Source of the DNA: Octopus bimaculoides
Taxonomy: Eukaryota
NCBI RefSeq assembly: GCF_001194135.2
Contig: NC_069000.1
Location: 6,894,065-6,958,064, forward strand
Direction: 5' to 3'
DNA: 64,000 nucleotides
Numbering within the stretch: the stretch's first letter is position 1; every line of letters starts with the position of its first letter. Of this stretch, positions 22,861 to 35,700 are shown one piece after another. A program made the translations under genes and the position numbers. The notes under the pieces are model-generated. The model searched no databases and was not told the DNA's origin. It saw nothing but the letters and a program-made list of their open reading frames with translations.

Positions 22861-25800
22861 CTGAAAGTGGAACAACAACACTGTCAGTAACAACACATCC
22901 ATAGTATTCAAATACAAGGGGCATTTTTCTTGTTTCTGCCTGTCTCTGTCTCTCTTTTTTTTTACTCTTGTGGGTTCATACATACATACATACATACATT
23001 ACATACATATATGCATACATTACATACATATATGCATACATTACATACATATATGCATACACACATGCACATGCAATATTAGCTACAATACCTTTATTTT
23101 AAGACCTTACGTGGAATCTTACCTAAAGTAAATGATATATGGTCACCCATTCCAAAGATTTGGGCAAAAAATACAGTTCCATTCCGTCTATCAACACCAT
23201 GTTCGTCTACTCTGGAACAAGAGGAAAATATCAATGGAAATAAGAAATACATGTGAAGGAATCTATATACACTGGGTCAATGTAATCAAAAAGCCCCCAC
23301 TGCCTAATTTTAAAATAATAGGAAGGGTATTAAACTAGGCAATGAATCAAGTCTATTAGTCATGTGGTTGTTTAACCTAATTAAAATAACCTAAATACTT
23401 TAACCGAATTAGATTATAATTAATTTATATACTAAATTATAATCCTCATGTGCAGCTGCCAACTCTTGGAGCGTGGGTAACATAAATATGACTTTGGTTG
23501 AAAATGTGACATTGGTATGGATTTTTGGAAATGGTGAATTTACAAGATTTTTTAAAATAGTAAATGGAAGAAAAACAGTGCTTATAACTCCTTTCTGAGA
23601 TTCCAAGACTGATGGGAAATGGAGAGGGGAAAAATATGGAGCACTGTCTTCTGACTCAAGCCACAACCTATGATTTTAAGTGATGAAGAACATGTTAGAG
23701 AGTGAAGTCTTTGAGATAGGAAACGATGGAATGGTCAGTGTCCCAGATGTGGGAACTGTAGAAAGCAGCAACAGCAGCAGCAGCAGCAAAAGCAACAGCT
23801 ACCAACCCCACCACTGCCACCACTTTCACCACCACAACACAGCAGCAACAAAGACAACACAAACAACAACAGTAACATTAAGAACAAAAGCTTGCAAGAA
23901 CAACAAATCAAACAACAAAATCAACAGTTACAACACCTCCACCACCACCACCAACAACAACAACAATAACAACAATAACACCAACATCAGCAACAACAAC
24001 AGCAATAGCAACAACAACAGCGGCAGCAGCAACAACAGCAGCTCTATTCACAACAATTATTTATTAAAAAAAACCCTACTTTTTATATAATTTCTTGATA
24101 CTTTCCTCGTTATGTGTTGCAATCATCATTCGATAATGTTGGGGATATTTCGCTATCTTTTTCAACACATTCTCCACATTAGTTTCATATCTCCAGCATG
24201 TTTCCTTATATGTGTCATTGACCGGGTCGACATAGCCCTGTTTTAGGGCTCGAGCCCTTTCAAGGTCCATATATGCCCCTCTCACAACCTTGGCTCCTAA
24301 TTTCACTCCATGTTTCAGAACAAAATTTAAATCTTGTTCCAAGTTGTCAGTTGATCCCTAAAAATTGAGAAATATTTAAAATAATTCTGGCTTTGAATCA
24401 TTTAGAGGGTAGGGGCAGAGCCAAGAAATTAGGGCACAAGTGTTATTTATCAAAACTTCCAATTGTAAAACAAATGCTTTGATGACAAAGTCATTTGATC
24501 CACGCTTATTCGGAAAAACAGATAAAATGAATGAATGGAGGAAGGAATAACTGAATGAACGAAGGAATCCATACCTTGAGATAGCTTTGGTAGGTGAAGA
24601 ATATCAATGGTTTGGAATGATTATAATTGAGCATCATGGCAAGAGTGAGAATATTAAGACCAGGATTGACATAGGTGTGTTCAGCATCAAACATAAAGAT
24701 CACATCTTTCTCAACAGCATACTGTGAAGAAAAGAAAAAACAGAGAAACAAACAAATCTACATTTGACTATCTATTATCTTTTATCTTTTAATTATTTCA
24801 GTTACTGGACTGTGGACATGCTGGAGCACTGCTTTGAAAGGTTTAGTCAAACAAATCAACCAAGGACCTATTTTTTTAAGCCTCATATTTGTTCTATTGG
24901 TATCTTTCTGCCAAATTGCTAAGTTACAGGAATGTAAACAAACCGCCACCAGTTGTCAAGAGGTGGTGGGGGACAAACACAGACAGACACACACACACAC
25001 ACACACACACCTTTAATCCTTAATATGTTCCACCCAAAAGGCTATGGCCATGCTGGAGAACTACCACTTCCATCAGCTTTACAATGGCCATTCTTACGTG
25101 GTTGGCTTTTTGGTGAATGAAGGAATTTGACATGCTGCCTTCATTTGAGTTTCTTGTTGTGATAGAGACTCATCTGGGATCTTGGACGGTAGAAAGTCAA
25201 TGTTCTTTTTGAAAATGTCAACTCCCTTTTCCATATAGATCCCCCAGGTTTTTTGACAAGATATTAAACAGCTGTGGGCCCTTGGAATCTGAGATATTGC
25301 AGTACCTGATCCTTACTGTAGACAGAGTGGTTGGGACTTTTAACACTAGGCAGTGTCTAGTGGGTTGGCATATCGCTTGATGCAAAAGTTTGGTACCAGG
25401 ATCTTTCATATATATATATGTATATGTATTATATATTCAGACCACTCTGTCAGGTGGTTGGTGTTAGAAAGGTCATCCAGTCATAAAAACCCTGCCAAAA
25501 CAGACAGTGAAGCCTTGCAGTCTTCTACCTAGCCAGCTCCTGTTAAATTGTCCAACCCATGCCAGCATGGAAACCAGACATTGAATGATGATGATGGTGT
25601 CAGTTTTATCAGTCCAAGGGTTAAACAGCAACAAAATAATAGATAATAAATATATAAATATGTGAAAAAAACAGAGTTTACCTCTCCAATTCTCCGTAAT
25701 TTGTACAAAGTTTCCTGCAATTCTTCAAGTTGTGCAGTGCTGAGTCCATCTATTTTCAACTAAATCAATAAAAACAGTAAAAAGAAAATCGATTTTTAAC

Positions 25801-28800
25801 CCAAGAAGACAGGAAATTGTGTTGAAAAATAACATTACATTGCAATGCCTGCCCTGTGTTACTGGTTATCACTTAGCAGGTTTTCGTTATCTAGCCAATA
25901 TCAAATGAATAATGATAATAATAATAATAGTTGATGGTGAACTTACTTTTTGCCCAGTTTTCATACATTCGGCTATATGCATCAGAACTTCTGGATGTTC
26001 TGTTGGTTTAGGAAATAGATTGGATATGGTCACCTAGGAAGAAGTGTGAAAAAGTGTTAGTGCCAGAAAAGATAAAAGATAAAATATGTGAGGAAGAGAA
26101 GGAAGATGACCATGAATGGAAAAACCTGGAGTTAAATGACAACAACTATAGGAAGGACAGTCACATTGGATATAGTAGTCTGTGATACACTGTGACAAAA
26201 TAAAATATAAGTCAGGCACAAGTGGAGTGACTTTAATTATAAAAGTCTGCTTGATTAGGGCAGACCTGTGGCTAAATAGTTATGTCCAATTGTTTAAGAG
26301 ATCCTCAATGCAGTCATAGTAACCAAAGAGTCTGCAAATCTAAGACACATTAAATAATATAGTCCTAGATACATAATGTGTGTGCATGTGAAGTGAGGAG
26401 ACTGGGTAACCACAACTGGAATGCTTCGTACCTGAAGTCTATCTCCTCTATCAGGACCAACCTAGGGTTAAATAACACCAACAACAACAACAGTAACATA
26501 CATCAGTGATGTTAGTTGTGTACTTACCAATATGTCTGTTGGCATTAAAGCTGTCACTTTGGCATGGGTCATAGGAAATTCTTTGTCCAATTCATAGACA
26601 AGGTCGATGGCATCCATCATTATTTTAAAGTTCTTCTCATACCAGTTATGTCTCTCCCTAATTGGAATCAATATTGGTAAAGTTACAGTCAAATATACAA
26701 AATAGGAGAAGGAAGAGAAAGAACAAAATGGAAGAAGGAGGAAGAGAAGGAGATAGAAGAAATCAATTTATTAGCAAACCCAGCATTATCATCAGCATCT
26801 TGTTCCATTGGCATTCCAAGTAAAGAACCAATTCCTGCAGCTTTCAGAGATGTTGTGGTTTTCTCAATCTCAGGTCTAGTTTCTCCGGCCACAAACTGAC
26901 CATATAAAGTTGGTTTTAGAATTACACTCATTAATCTTTCTCCCAACATTCTTTCTCCCATACGAAGAAGCTGAAAATAGAATTGATATGTTTTCCCATT
27001 AATTCTTTATCAGTTACCATCTTCTTATCAGTTACCGTATTCTTTATAAGTTACCATTGGTTAAACTTTACTGCTAAACATCCATCTTCAACAGATTCAA
27101 TTACAAGGGTTTGTCATCCATCAGGGGTCAGTCAGTTAAAACACACCACACCAAAGGAAATTCTGCAGAATCTCCAAAACAAAGAAGAACCTAGAATTAC
27201 TTGAATTCATTTATTATATTTTGCAATCAGGAGAATTTAATGTCATTTGTTCTATATTAGAAAGAGCTTTGCTGTGAAGAGCAACAGTTTTCCAATTCTC
27301 ATTGATGCTTAGAATCTTTGGCAAAATATATCAGCAAAGAATATAGTCATACATACATACATGCATACATACATACATACATATATACACACACACGTAT
27401 ATACATACATATGTATGTACTCTTTTGCTCTTTTGCTTGTTTCAGTCATTTGACTGTGGTCATGCTGGAGCACCGCCTTTAGTCGAGCAAATCGACACAA
27501 GGACTTATTCTTTGGAAGCCTAGTATTTATTCTATTAGTCTCTTTTGCCGCACTGCTAATGTTAAGGGGGGGGGGGACAAACACAAGCACACAAACATAT
27601 ACACACACATACATACATACATATATACGACGGGCTTCTTTCAGTTTCCGTCTACCAAATCCACTCACAAGGCTTTGGTCGGCCCGAGGCTATAGTAGAA
27701 AGACACTTGCCCAAGCCTTTGTTCATAAGTCTACCTGTACAAGCATTGTAGAGTTATGCAAGTGTAATAAGAATATATTATATTAATAACCAAAGGATTT
27801 ACAAACCCAGCCACTCTTCCGAACCAACAAATCACTGGAGCACAAACCAAATATTAGATAGGACCTTAACAATTCACTGAAAGATTTCTTTTTGAAAATA
27901 TCCACATGCTCATCAAAATTCAAATTGTCTGTCTTCACATCTTGTTCTGTGACGTTGATGACACTCTGCTGTTTACTGACGGTAGAAGTGCTCAAGTTAT
28001 GGACAGAGAACCATTTATTGCTGACGATTTGACGGTTTTTGACTGGCTTTATGAAGCAGCAGTTGCATTTCATGGAATAACGGAGAACTTGAGGAAAGAA
28101 ATGGAAAGAGAGGAAAAGGAGCAAAGTTAATTAAGGACATAAACAAATAATAATAATTGTTGGGTGTATAATTGTTCTATGTATAGATTGCTCGGTGTAT
28201 ATATTACTGGGTGTAGATATTGTTGAGTATATATATTGTTGAGTGTATATTTTATTAGGAGTATATATTGTTGGGTGTTTAAATAGGTAACAGTCAAGCA
28301 CTGGGGTTGATGTCATAAACTATCCCCTCTGCCCCTAAATTTCAGGCTCTGTGCCTATAGTAGAAAGATTTATTGTTGTTGTTGTCATTGTTAAAATATG
28401 GGGGACCTTACTAAAGCCCCCAAGGACCTGGTGCTGGGGTTAAACCAGGCAATGAGCTGAGTCTACTAAACAGGAGGCAAGGGGACAATGGTCTAATCTC
28501 ATAACCAGTTGACTGCACTGTATAATCTCAAAAACTGCCATAACTTCATTGGTCAAGCCCTGTAGACTACAGTGTCTATATTGGTCTTATCTCAAAGAGG
28601 GCAGTGGTGTCAGTAGTCAGAATACTGACTTATCTTTTAATTAAAATAATCATATTTCACACAAAAACAGGGCAGCCATTATTTTATCTTTGAATTTACA
28701 TAATTGTATTGTAAAGTTGACCTTGGCAGAATTAGAACATAAAGACAGACAAAATACCACTAAGCATTTTGCCCAGCGTGCTAATGATTCCACCAGCTCG

Positions 28801-30506
28801 CCACCCATGAAGTCAATAATTAACACACTCCAGCTTTTCTCACCCACTTCTACCTTCACTACTTGTGATGTCTAAACCTCAGGCTACCTCCACTCAGGCC
28901 ACCCAACCCATTTGCTTCTCCTCCCATCATTACTCATACTATATCTATCCTCCCCCTCCAGGACTTACACTGATCCCTTTCCCCCGCATCCAAACTCCCT
29001 CCCTATGATCACCAAACCTACAGACCATTCCCTCTCTATTTCTCTTGGAGGCATCAGTTTCTATTTGTTTAAGAACATCAGCTACATTCGTTTCATAGGT
29101 CTTTCAGGGCCTATAAAGATCAGGGGCCCTATTCCCTCCTTCAGATCAAACCATAAAAAATGGAAGGATTTATAAATCATTAAATACTTAGACAGAGCTA
29201 CTGAAAATTTTTGATATTTAAATTTTAAAATAAAAACAACACAACATTAAAATCAAGTAAAAACAAACTCTAAAATAGATTTCTTACATTAGAAAAAAAA
29301 TTACAATATGTTGGGAAGAGGAAAATGTGATTGTGTGATGTTTATGCCTCTCTCAAACCTAGACTGAGTGTCTGTAATTCAGAGAACCCAATTTTGTTAC
29401 ACAGAGTCTTGTTGATTCTGACAGGAAAGTATGTTAAGGGAGATGTGTCTCTGGAATACTCAGCCACTAACCTTATAATACAATCAGTAGGTAACTGAAT
29501 GACTGAAATCCTCGTTTGTAGAAAACAACAACAACAAAAATCTTTGGATTGAAAGAAAATTGCAACAAATAGCAAACAAAAAATAAAAGTTAGACAACAT
29601 AAAAAAATATATAGAAGAGTGACTATGAAGGAAAATTGAACTAATAGGTACAAGTGTGGATGTGTGGTTAGAAGTCTGCTTCCCAACTACATGGTTCCAG
29701 GTTCAGTCCCACTACATGGTTTGTTGGACAAGTGTCTTCTGCTATAGCCTCAGACCAACCAAAGCCTTGTGAGTGGATTTGGTAGATGGAAACTGAAAGA
29801 AGCTCATTGTATACATATATTTGTGTGTGTGTGTGTGTTTGTGTGTGTACTTCTCCACCACCACTGCTTGATAACCAGTGTTTGTATGTTTGTCCCCCAT
29901 AATAAAAAAGATGGACAAAAAACTATGTACTAGGGTCAATTTGTTTGATTAAAAATTCTTCAAGGTGATGCCCCCAGCAAGGCCACAACCTAACGACTGA
30001 AACAAGTAAAAAAAAAAGTTGGGGCGGTAATTAAAAAAAGGATTTGTTAATTACAATTATAAATATTCCTGTTATTTGTTTGCTTGAGATATTTGGTACA
30101 TCCCATTTGTATTATCTTCTTCATGTTCCTCATTTGAAAAAAAAAAGAGAAATAGAATCTCTTGAATTGTCTTATGAGGTTTAACTAGAGTTAAAAGAGG
30201 CAGAAAGAAAATTATTGGGTGTTAACAGTGTTATTATCTTAAGGGATGGACAAACTAAGCAGTCTCCTAGGAGCCACACAAGTTTAGGGGCCCAGTTCTA
30301 ACCTATGTGGCTTGCTGTCAATAAGTAAACAATATAAATCTAGTACATTGATTTTTTTTCAGGGTACTTTAATGTTACTAAGCAGCCCTGAGTTTTAGTA
30401 CAGGGATATGACACTAAAGACCCAATTTTCAGCAATACAATAGCAGCAAATAAATATAATAAAGGATTTACTGCTTACCTCTGAAAGGGATATTTGTAAA
30501 GGCCAT
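22688..30506 (-). CDS. PRODH2: Hydroxyproline dehydrogenase (PRODH2-type proline oxidase family), mitochondrial, 10 exons, 493 aa; complement join(30506..30479,28087..27807,26970..26780,26657..26528,26033..25947,25759..25682,24721..24575,24357..24080,23211..23123,22860..22688)
   Basis: Spliced length 1482 nt in one open frame. Motifs LYGQFVAGET, KVTAL, FDAEHTY, TYQSYLK, GAKVVRGAYM, ATHNEES, FAQIFGMGDHIS, YKALPYG, YLVRRLQEN. It lacks the long insertion of PRODH1, and segments WYEKNFKIMMDAIDL and IAECMKTGQKLKI resemble PRODH2 as recalled. Confidence 0.9.
23123..23211 (-). CDS. PRODH2: PRODH2 exon 9
   Basis: Encodes VDEHGVDRRNGTVFFAQIFGMGDHISFTL; donor gtaag. Not in the ORF track on this strand. 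Confidence 0.93.
23760..24050. repeat. (CAA/CAG/CAC)n microsatellite in PRODH2 intron 8
   Basis: Read directly from the sequence. Confidence 0.9.
24080..24357 (-). CDS. PRODH2: PRODH2 exon 8
   Basis: Encodes GAKVVRGAYMDLER...ATHNEESI. Confidence 0.95.
24575..24721 (-). CDS. PRODH2: PRODH2 exon 7
   Basis: Encodes YAVEKDVIFMFDAEHTYVNP...TYQSYLK. Confidence 0.95.
24775..25000 (-). mobile_element. SINE family A, 3' half
   Basis: Reverse complement of the family A tail. Confidence 0.8.
25440..25600 (+). mobile_element. SINE-like family B, 3' part
   Basis: Family B core and (GAT)n tail. Confidence 0.75.
25682..25759 (-). CDS. PRODH2: PRODH2 exon 6
   Basis: 78 nt; encodes LKIDGLSTAQLEELQETLYKLRRIGE. 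Confidence 0.9.
25947..26033 (-). CDS. PRODH2: PRODH2 exon 5
   Basis: Acceptor ttcctag, donor gtaagt, 87 nt; encodes VTISNLFPKPTEHPEVLMHIAECMKTGQK. Not in the ORF track. Confidence 0.88.
26528..26657 (-). CDS. PRODH2: PRODH2 exon 4
   Basis: Encodes ERHNWYEKNF...AKVTALMPTDIL; donor gtaagt. Confidence 0.9.
26780..26970 (-). CDS. PRODH2: PRODH2 exon 3
   Basis: Encodes LLRMGERMLG...LYGQFVAGET; phase 0 to 2. Confidence 0.9.
27420..27715 (-). mobile_element. SINE family A
   Basis: Reverse complement, near-consensus copy. Confidence 0.85.
27807..28087 (-). CDS. PRODH2: PRODH2 exon 2
   Basis: Encodes LNFDEHVDIFKKKSFSELLRSYLIFGLCSSDLLV, the family N-terminal motif. AAG acceptor after a long pyrimidine tract; weak gtttgt donor. 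Confidence 0.85.
28150..28280. repeat. Minisatellite with a period of about 16 bp (tatattgttgggtgta)
   Basis: About 8 diverged tandem units. Confidence 0.7.
28690..28810 (-). mobile_element. SINE family C, 5' part
   Basis: Reverse complement of the head. Confidence 0.7.
29655..30010 (+). mobile_element. SINE family A, near full length
   Basis: Head and tail present. Confidence 0.85.
30479..30506 (-). CDS. PRODH2: PRODH2 coding exon 1 (MAFTNIPFR)
   Basis: ATG followed by donor G|gtaag; phase 1 joins in frame to VLRYSMKC, giving an Arg-rich presequence with no acidic residues. Confidence 0.7.
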
Positions 30507-30759
30507 CTTACTTCTGGTGTTGTTTTTCAGGTAATGCAAGGTGTTAGATATCTTTAAATATATTCATAGACGTGATTAAGTCAACAACTTTGTTTATGTC
30601 TAAACTGTCACCATATGTTTTGGGACCAGTAAAATATATACACTCATCATGTGAATATATTAGAGATGGACCTAATTCCTGAAACACCTCTCTCCTAACT
30701 CTGAGAGTTTCTCCCTTTTATTCGTTTCTACTCTAGGAACAAGGCTTGAAATTTTGGGG

Positions 30760-30930
30760 GAGAGGCCAGTCAATTAGATTGACTCCAGTACACAAATGGT
30801 ACTTGATTTATCGACCCTGAAAGGATGAAAGTCGACCTTGGTGGAATTTGAACTTAGAATGTAAAGACAGACAAAATACTGCTAAGCATTTCGCCCGGCA
30901 TGCTTACCATTCTGCCAGCCTGCCGCCTTA
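30760..30930 (-). mobile_element. SINE family C
   Basis: Same core on the reverse strand. Confidence 0.8.
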
Positions 30931-31215
30931 CTTTCCTACCTTTTTTTCTACCTTATTTTCTACCTTATTTTCCTACCTTTTATTACAAATCATAATTATG
31001 GTACCTTGTAAATACATTCAGGTATGAATCTTTATCTATTTTTTACTGGTTTCAGCTGAAGGCTGTGGCCATGCTGGGGCACTGCCATTAATGTGGGCGT
31101 ATTACTGCATGATGATAACTGAATGAGGAAAATGGTTTTAGTTAGCTGGTTTACCTGAGACATGAAGAAAAATCTCTTTAAATAGGAACATTGGTAAACA
31201 CAACAGATTACGGGA

Positions 31216-31510
31216 TTAACTCTTTAGCATTCAGGCCATTCTGTCAAATAAGGGGTAAAGACCCCCTTCAGTCATGAATGACCATGGGATTGCACCTAGA
31301 AAGTTCCCCTCTAAGGCACAATTCCAGGCAAGGTTGTTTATAGAAGACCAGCAGTCACCCATGCATATCAGTCATAAATGTAATGCTTATTTATCCAGTT
31401 TTGAATTAATTAAGCATTATCTTGTGGCTTTCATATTTTGACGATGTGATTGCTTATATCTAGAACAATATTTTAGAGCAGGTGTGAGATGCCAGTTCTA
31501 ACCGGTTTTA
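31216..31510. mobile_element. MITE family D (opposite orientation) with a nested SINE E fragment
   Basis: Starts ttaactctttagcattc; the insert at 31250-31375 is flanked by aaat/aaat. Confidence 0.65.
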
Positions 31511-32735
31511 ACTTGAAACGGGTAGAATATTTGAACCAGATACGGTTTGAATGGGTATGTGTATGTGTGTGTGTGTGAGACAGAGAGAGAGAGAGAGAGA
31601 GTGTGTGAGTCTATGTATATACATGTGTGTGTGTGTGTGTGTGCGAGCGCGCGCGTACATGTATTTGCCTATACATATGTATATGAACAAGTGTACACGT
31701 CTACCCATACATCTCCCTTTTAATTCTACCCAAAGTGCATGCATATATTTACATACTTTTTTCTACCTTTGGATAGAACTTTCCATATCCATTAACATAA
31801 ACTTTCTCCTTCATAACACCTGCATATTCTGAAAATGTAACTTTCCCAAATGAAGTGCATCTTATATTCAAGGCTCTGATGAAGCTACAGAATGTCATCC
31901 TGGTACTCAACTAGGAGTTTACTACATCGTATTGCAGAAACAGCTGTAAGCTAATGAAGTTCATTACATAACATTTGTTTTTTTTTCTGGTGTCTTCTCT
32001 TTCATTTCTATTACTACTCTATACTCATATAACATTGTGTTCTACACCATACGTATATTGAGTTCTACACCAGGTTATTAGTCTCGCTATATCTAAGCGA
32101 AATACTAAAATACATACTTGGACTACGCAGAGTAGGAGGATACACGTGGATGGAAGGGATCTCTGAAGGAGTCACAAATGTGTGATGAAAGATTTCCAGA
32201 CAATGGACATAAGATAACAATAATAAACGAGTGAAGAATGAATATATAGTGCATGTGTTTATTTGGCAAGAAAAAGGGGAAAAAATGACCGCCCCAAAAC
32301 ATGCATACACACATCAATCAATCAATCAATCAATCATCCATAGAAACCGTACCACAACAGCCAATTTTTTTTTAGATTTGTAATTCCCCGTAGCCGAAAA
32401 GAAGGGGTTTATATCGAAAAAAAATTTTTTAAGCGTGGTTTGATGGGAGGACGGGCGGAAGTCTTGCCAATACTTTGCTCAAGGACGCAGTGTCCCACCA
32501 GGAATCGAATTCACGATCTTATGATCGTAATCCGAAAACCCTAATAAGCCACGTGCCTTCACACTCAGTAACAGTTATTTGAAAAAGTAACAAAAGAATT
32601 ATCTCGCAGGGACTTCTTTGCTTTTACACCGACAGCTTGTTAGTCTGGATTATTCCCCTTGCCGTTCAATACATGTGCTTTTGTTATATTGCGGCTTAAT
32701 TAACAAAACCCCACATCCGAAGCGATATTTCACTT

Positions 32736-32746
32736 ATGGCCTCAAT
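32736..32746 (+). CDS. POLR1G: POLR1G exon 1 (MASI)
   Basis: ATGGCCTCAAT|gtaagt; phase 2 matches exon 2. Confidence 0.72.
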
Positions 32747-35700
32747 GTAAGTATTCAACATACACACTTTACATAAAACTCAACTGTTATTTGGATAATA
32801 ATTTAATTTATGTTATAACGTAATCACCCGTTTAATAGTATCTCTTAGTATGCCCACTTGTAGATCACCTGAGGCTCTTTTACTGGTGGATGTGAAGTCA
32901 ATTCTTGTGTGGAAAGCTAGTCTAACATCTCTACCTATTACTGGTACCTATTCATTTGTGCTGGACAGATCATGGAAGCAGACATGGCTTTGTGGTTAAG
33001 AAATTCGTTTGGAAACTTGGCAGTTTCGGATTCGATCGTGTGAGTTGCAGAAATTATAGTAAAATATTAAATTACATAAAATAAATATAATTTCGTTTTT
33101 TTTCAGCTACGAATGTCCTCGGAATTTTCAAGTTGAGTGTGTTGGAAAGGAAAGCTTAAAACTTTCAGATGTCAAAAACGATGACATTGAACTTTGGTTA
33201 ATAAAATCCCCTGTTGACGTAAGTAAGATCAGTGCTATTAATTTCATGGGGAGAGGGAGAAAAGGGAACTATATCAAACCCCAGTAGTTGACTGGTATTT
33301 ATTTTATTGATGTTAGAAATGAGAGCAATGGGATGATAGATGGCTGGGTTGAAGAAGGTTGCCTGTCTATGGAATGGGACAAATTGAGGGGTGTTCTTCC
33401 AAATGTCAGAGAATAAACCCTGTAGAAGTTGAGGAATGGAAGAATAGAATTTGGTGCGTGTTGGAGCAGGTTCTGGGTGTTCATGGGTATGATGGGAGGG
33501 ACATTGTTAGGGGTCAGTGGCCTTTGTTTTGTTTGAAGTAAAATTGGTGAATTCGAGCTGGGATATGCACAGAGGAAAAGCTTGACAGTAACTGACACTC
33601 CCAGCTTGTCATCAACTGTTGTTGCCAACTTGCATGTTTGTTATGTGAGACACAGTTTGTCACCTGAGATGTTTTATGATTGAAAAAATTATTCACAATC
33701 TGATTTGTTCATCATGAGAAGTGTTAATAAACTGAGGTCATTCTGTACATACATATTGCATAAAGCTATTTTTACTATATTTGTTTGTATTTCTTTATAT
33801 TTTCCAGTTTGATATTTCCCGTCTGTCAGGTCACAAGATAAAAAACAAATTCAATATTCATTTGGAGGGAAATGTAAGTTATGGCTAACAATATATTCTC
33901 TTTTGTTGTTATTTAACCCCATCTCAGCTCTGATCTAACAGGGATATAATCAGAAGGTGTTCTAAATGTGACTGTCTTGTCTCTGTGTATAATCTACAAA
34001 CACACACACACTCTCTCTCTCTCGCTCATAAGGTGTCACCCAAGGTGACGAGCTAGCAGAATTATTAGCATGCCAAGCAAAATGCTTAGTGGTATTTCAT
34101 TCATCTGTATGTTCTGAGTTCAAATTCAGCCAAGACCGACTTTGCCTTTTATCGTTTCAGGCTTGATAAAATAAATACCAGTTGAGCACTGGGGTTGATG
34201 CAATTGACTTGATTGCTCCTGGGTATGAGTAAAAAAAAAACCCAAAAGATACTGCACCCCTCTGTCAAGCCAGTGTGGTAGAGTAGGCTCATTGAACCAG
34301 TAGGATCACAAACCATTCTCAGGTGTGACTTGAAGGAGATTTAGTTGGTATTTTTAACAGGTGAAACAAACCATGCTTTTGATATATGTATGTAACTAGT
34401 CTGTTCTAATAATTGACATGTTTCTTTTTTTTATATTTCATTTTCTTTTCTAGGATAATATTAAATATGTTGTTAGAAAGAACCAAAATACATCAGAGGT
34501 GAGTATATTTTCCCTGAATGTAAGGTGTGTGTGTGTGTGTACTTCAGTACTTTGGGTATTCAGTTACTATTTCCTCCATCTTGTTTTGCACTTTAGTGCT
34601 TACATGTTATATATATATATATGTGTGTATGCATGCATACATACATACATACATGCATGTGTGTATGTATTATAGTAAATTTGTCTTACACCTGTTTCCA
34701 CTAACCATTATAGATTTGTTATTGATTGGTTTCCACAATTGGCCCATTGATCAGTTGTGAAAAATTGAATGACCTAGAGAATTAATGCTACTTTTGTTAG
34801 AGTACTGAAATACTGAAGGAGGTAGCTTTATGCCAGGTGATGACAGGTTTTATTCATCATCATCATCATCATCATCATCATCGTTTAATGTCCGCTTTCC
34901 ATGCTAGCATGGGTTGGACGATTTGACTGAGGACTGGTGAAACCGGATGGCAACACCAGGCTCCAGTCATACATACATATATATACATACATGTAACCTG
35001 TCTTCAACTGGTATAAAGCCACCTCTCTCAATACTATACCCCCTCCCCCATAGAAACCGTGCCAAAGAAATCCTCTGGCTCACCAGCTCTTGTCCAAACC
35101 AAACTAACATGAAAAACCACATCCAGCTATAGAAACCTTGCCAAGGCAAACATTGGACCATGACACAGTCCTTCAACTCATTGGATCCTGTTGAACCATT
35201 AAATGATGACGTAGTAGTTGTAAACACCATCCGAACATGTTCGATGCCAGGGCAGCCCGATTGGCTTCTGTGCCAACAGCACGTAAAAAGCTCCTACTAC
35301 ACTCTTGGAGTGGTTGGCATTAGGAAGGGCATTCAGCTGTAGAAACATTGCCAGATCAGATTGGAGCCTGGTGCAGCTGCTGGCTTTCCAGACCTCAGTC
35401 AAACCGTCCAACCCATGCCAGCATGGAAAACGGATGTTAAATGATGATGATGATGAAACACTGTGTCATTGATTTAGTTGTTTCCTTCCTCCTGTATTAG
35501 TCCTATCTGCTTATTTACATATAAATTATATGACAGGTTGCTTAAATATCTTTATATATCTTTGTCTTTGCTTCCAGCTAGATTCATATCAATGTCTTTT
35601 TCCACACGATACAAAAGAAAGTTTCGCTGTAGGTAAGTAAAAACATTTTCTTTCCCATTTCAACTGCTGGATGACTAAACATCATTGCTAGCTATACTTT

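Larger units (their letters stand above)
30507..32735. promoter_or_regulatory. Divergent intergenic region likely holding the PRODH2 and POLR1G promoters
   Basis: Start codons point away from each other 2.2 kb apart. Locally raised CpG at about 32380-32740; overlapping GC-box/ETS-like GGGCGGAAGT at 32453-32462. Confidence 0.45.

Noticed and set aside
23680-24090. 136-aa Asn/Ser/Thr-rich ORF
   Set aside because: (CAA)n microsatellite antisense within PRODH2 intron 8.
24596-24598. Phe replacing the usual Asn in NTYQ as an inactivating change
   Set aside because: Other catalytic and FAD-binding motifs are intact, and as I recall bacterial enzymes have a hydrophobic residue at this position.
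22688-30506. Calling the gene PRODH (PRODH1/sluggish type)
   Set aside because: It lacks the long internal insertion, has no Tyr at the specificity site and has PRODH2-like segments; a tree would settle it.
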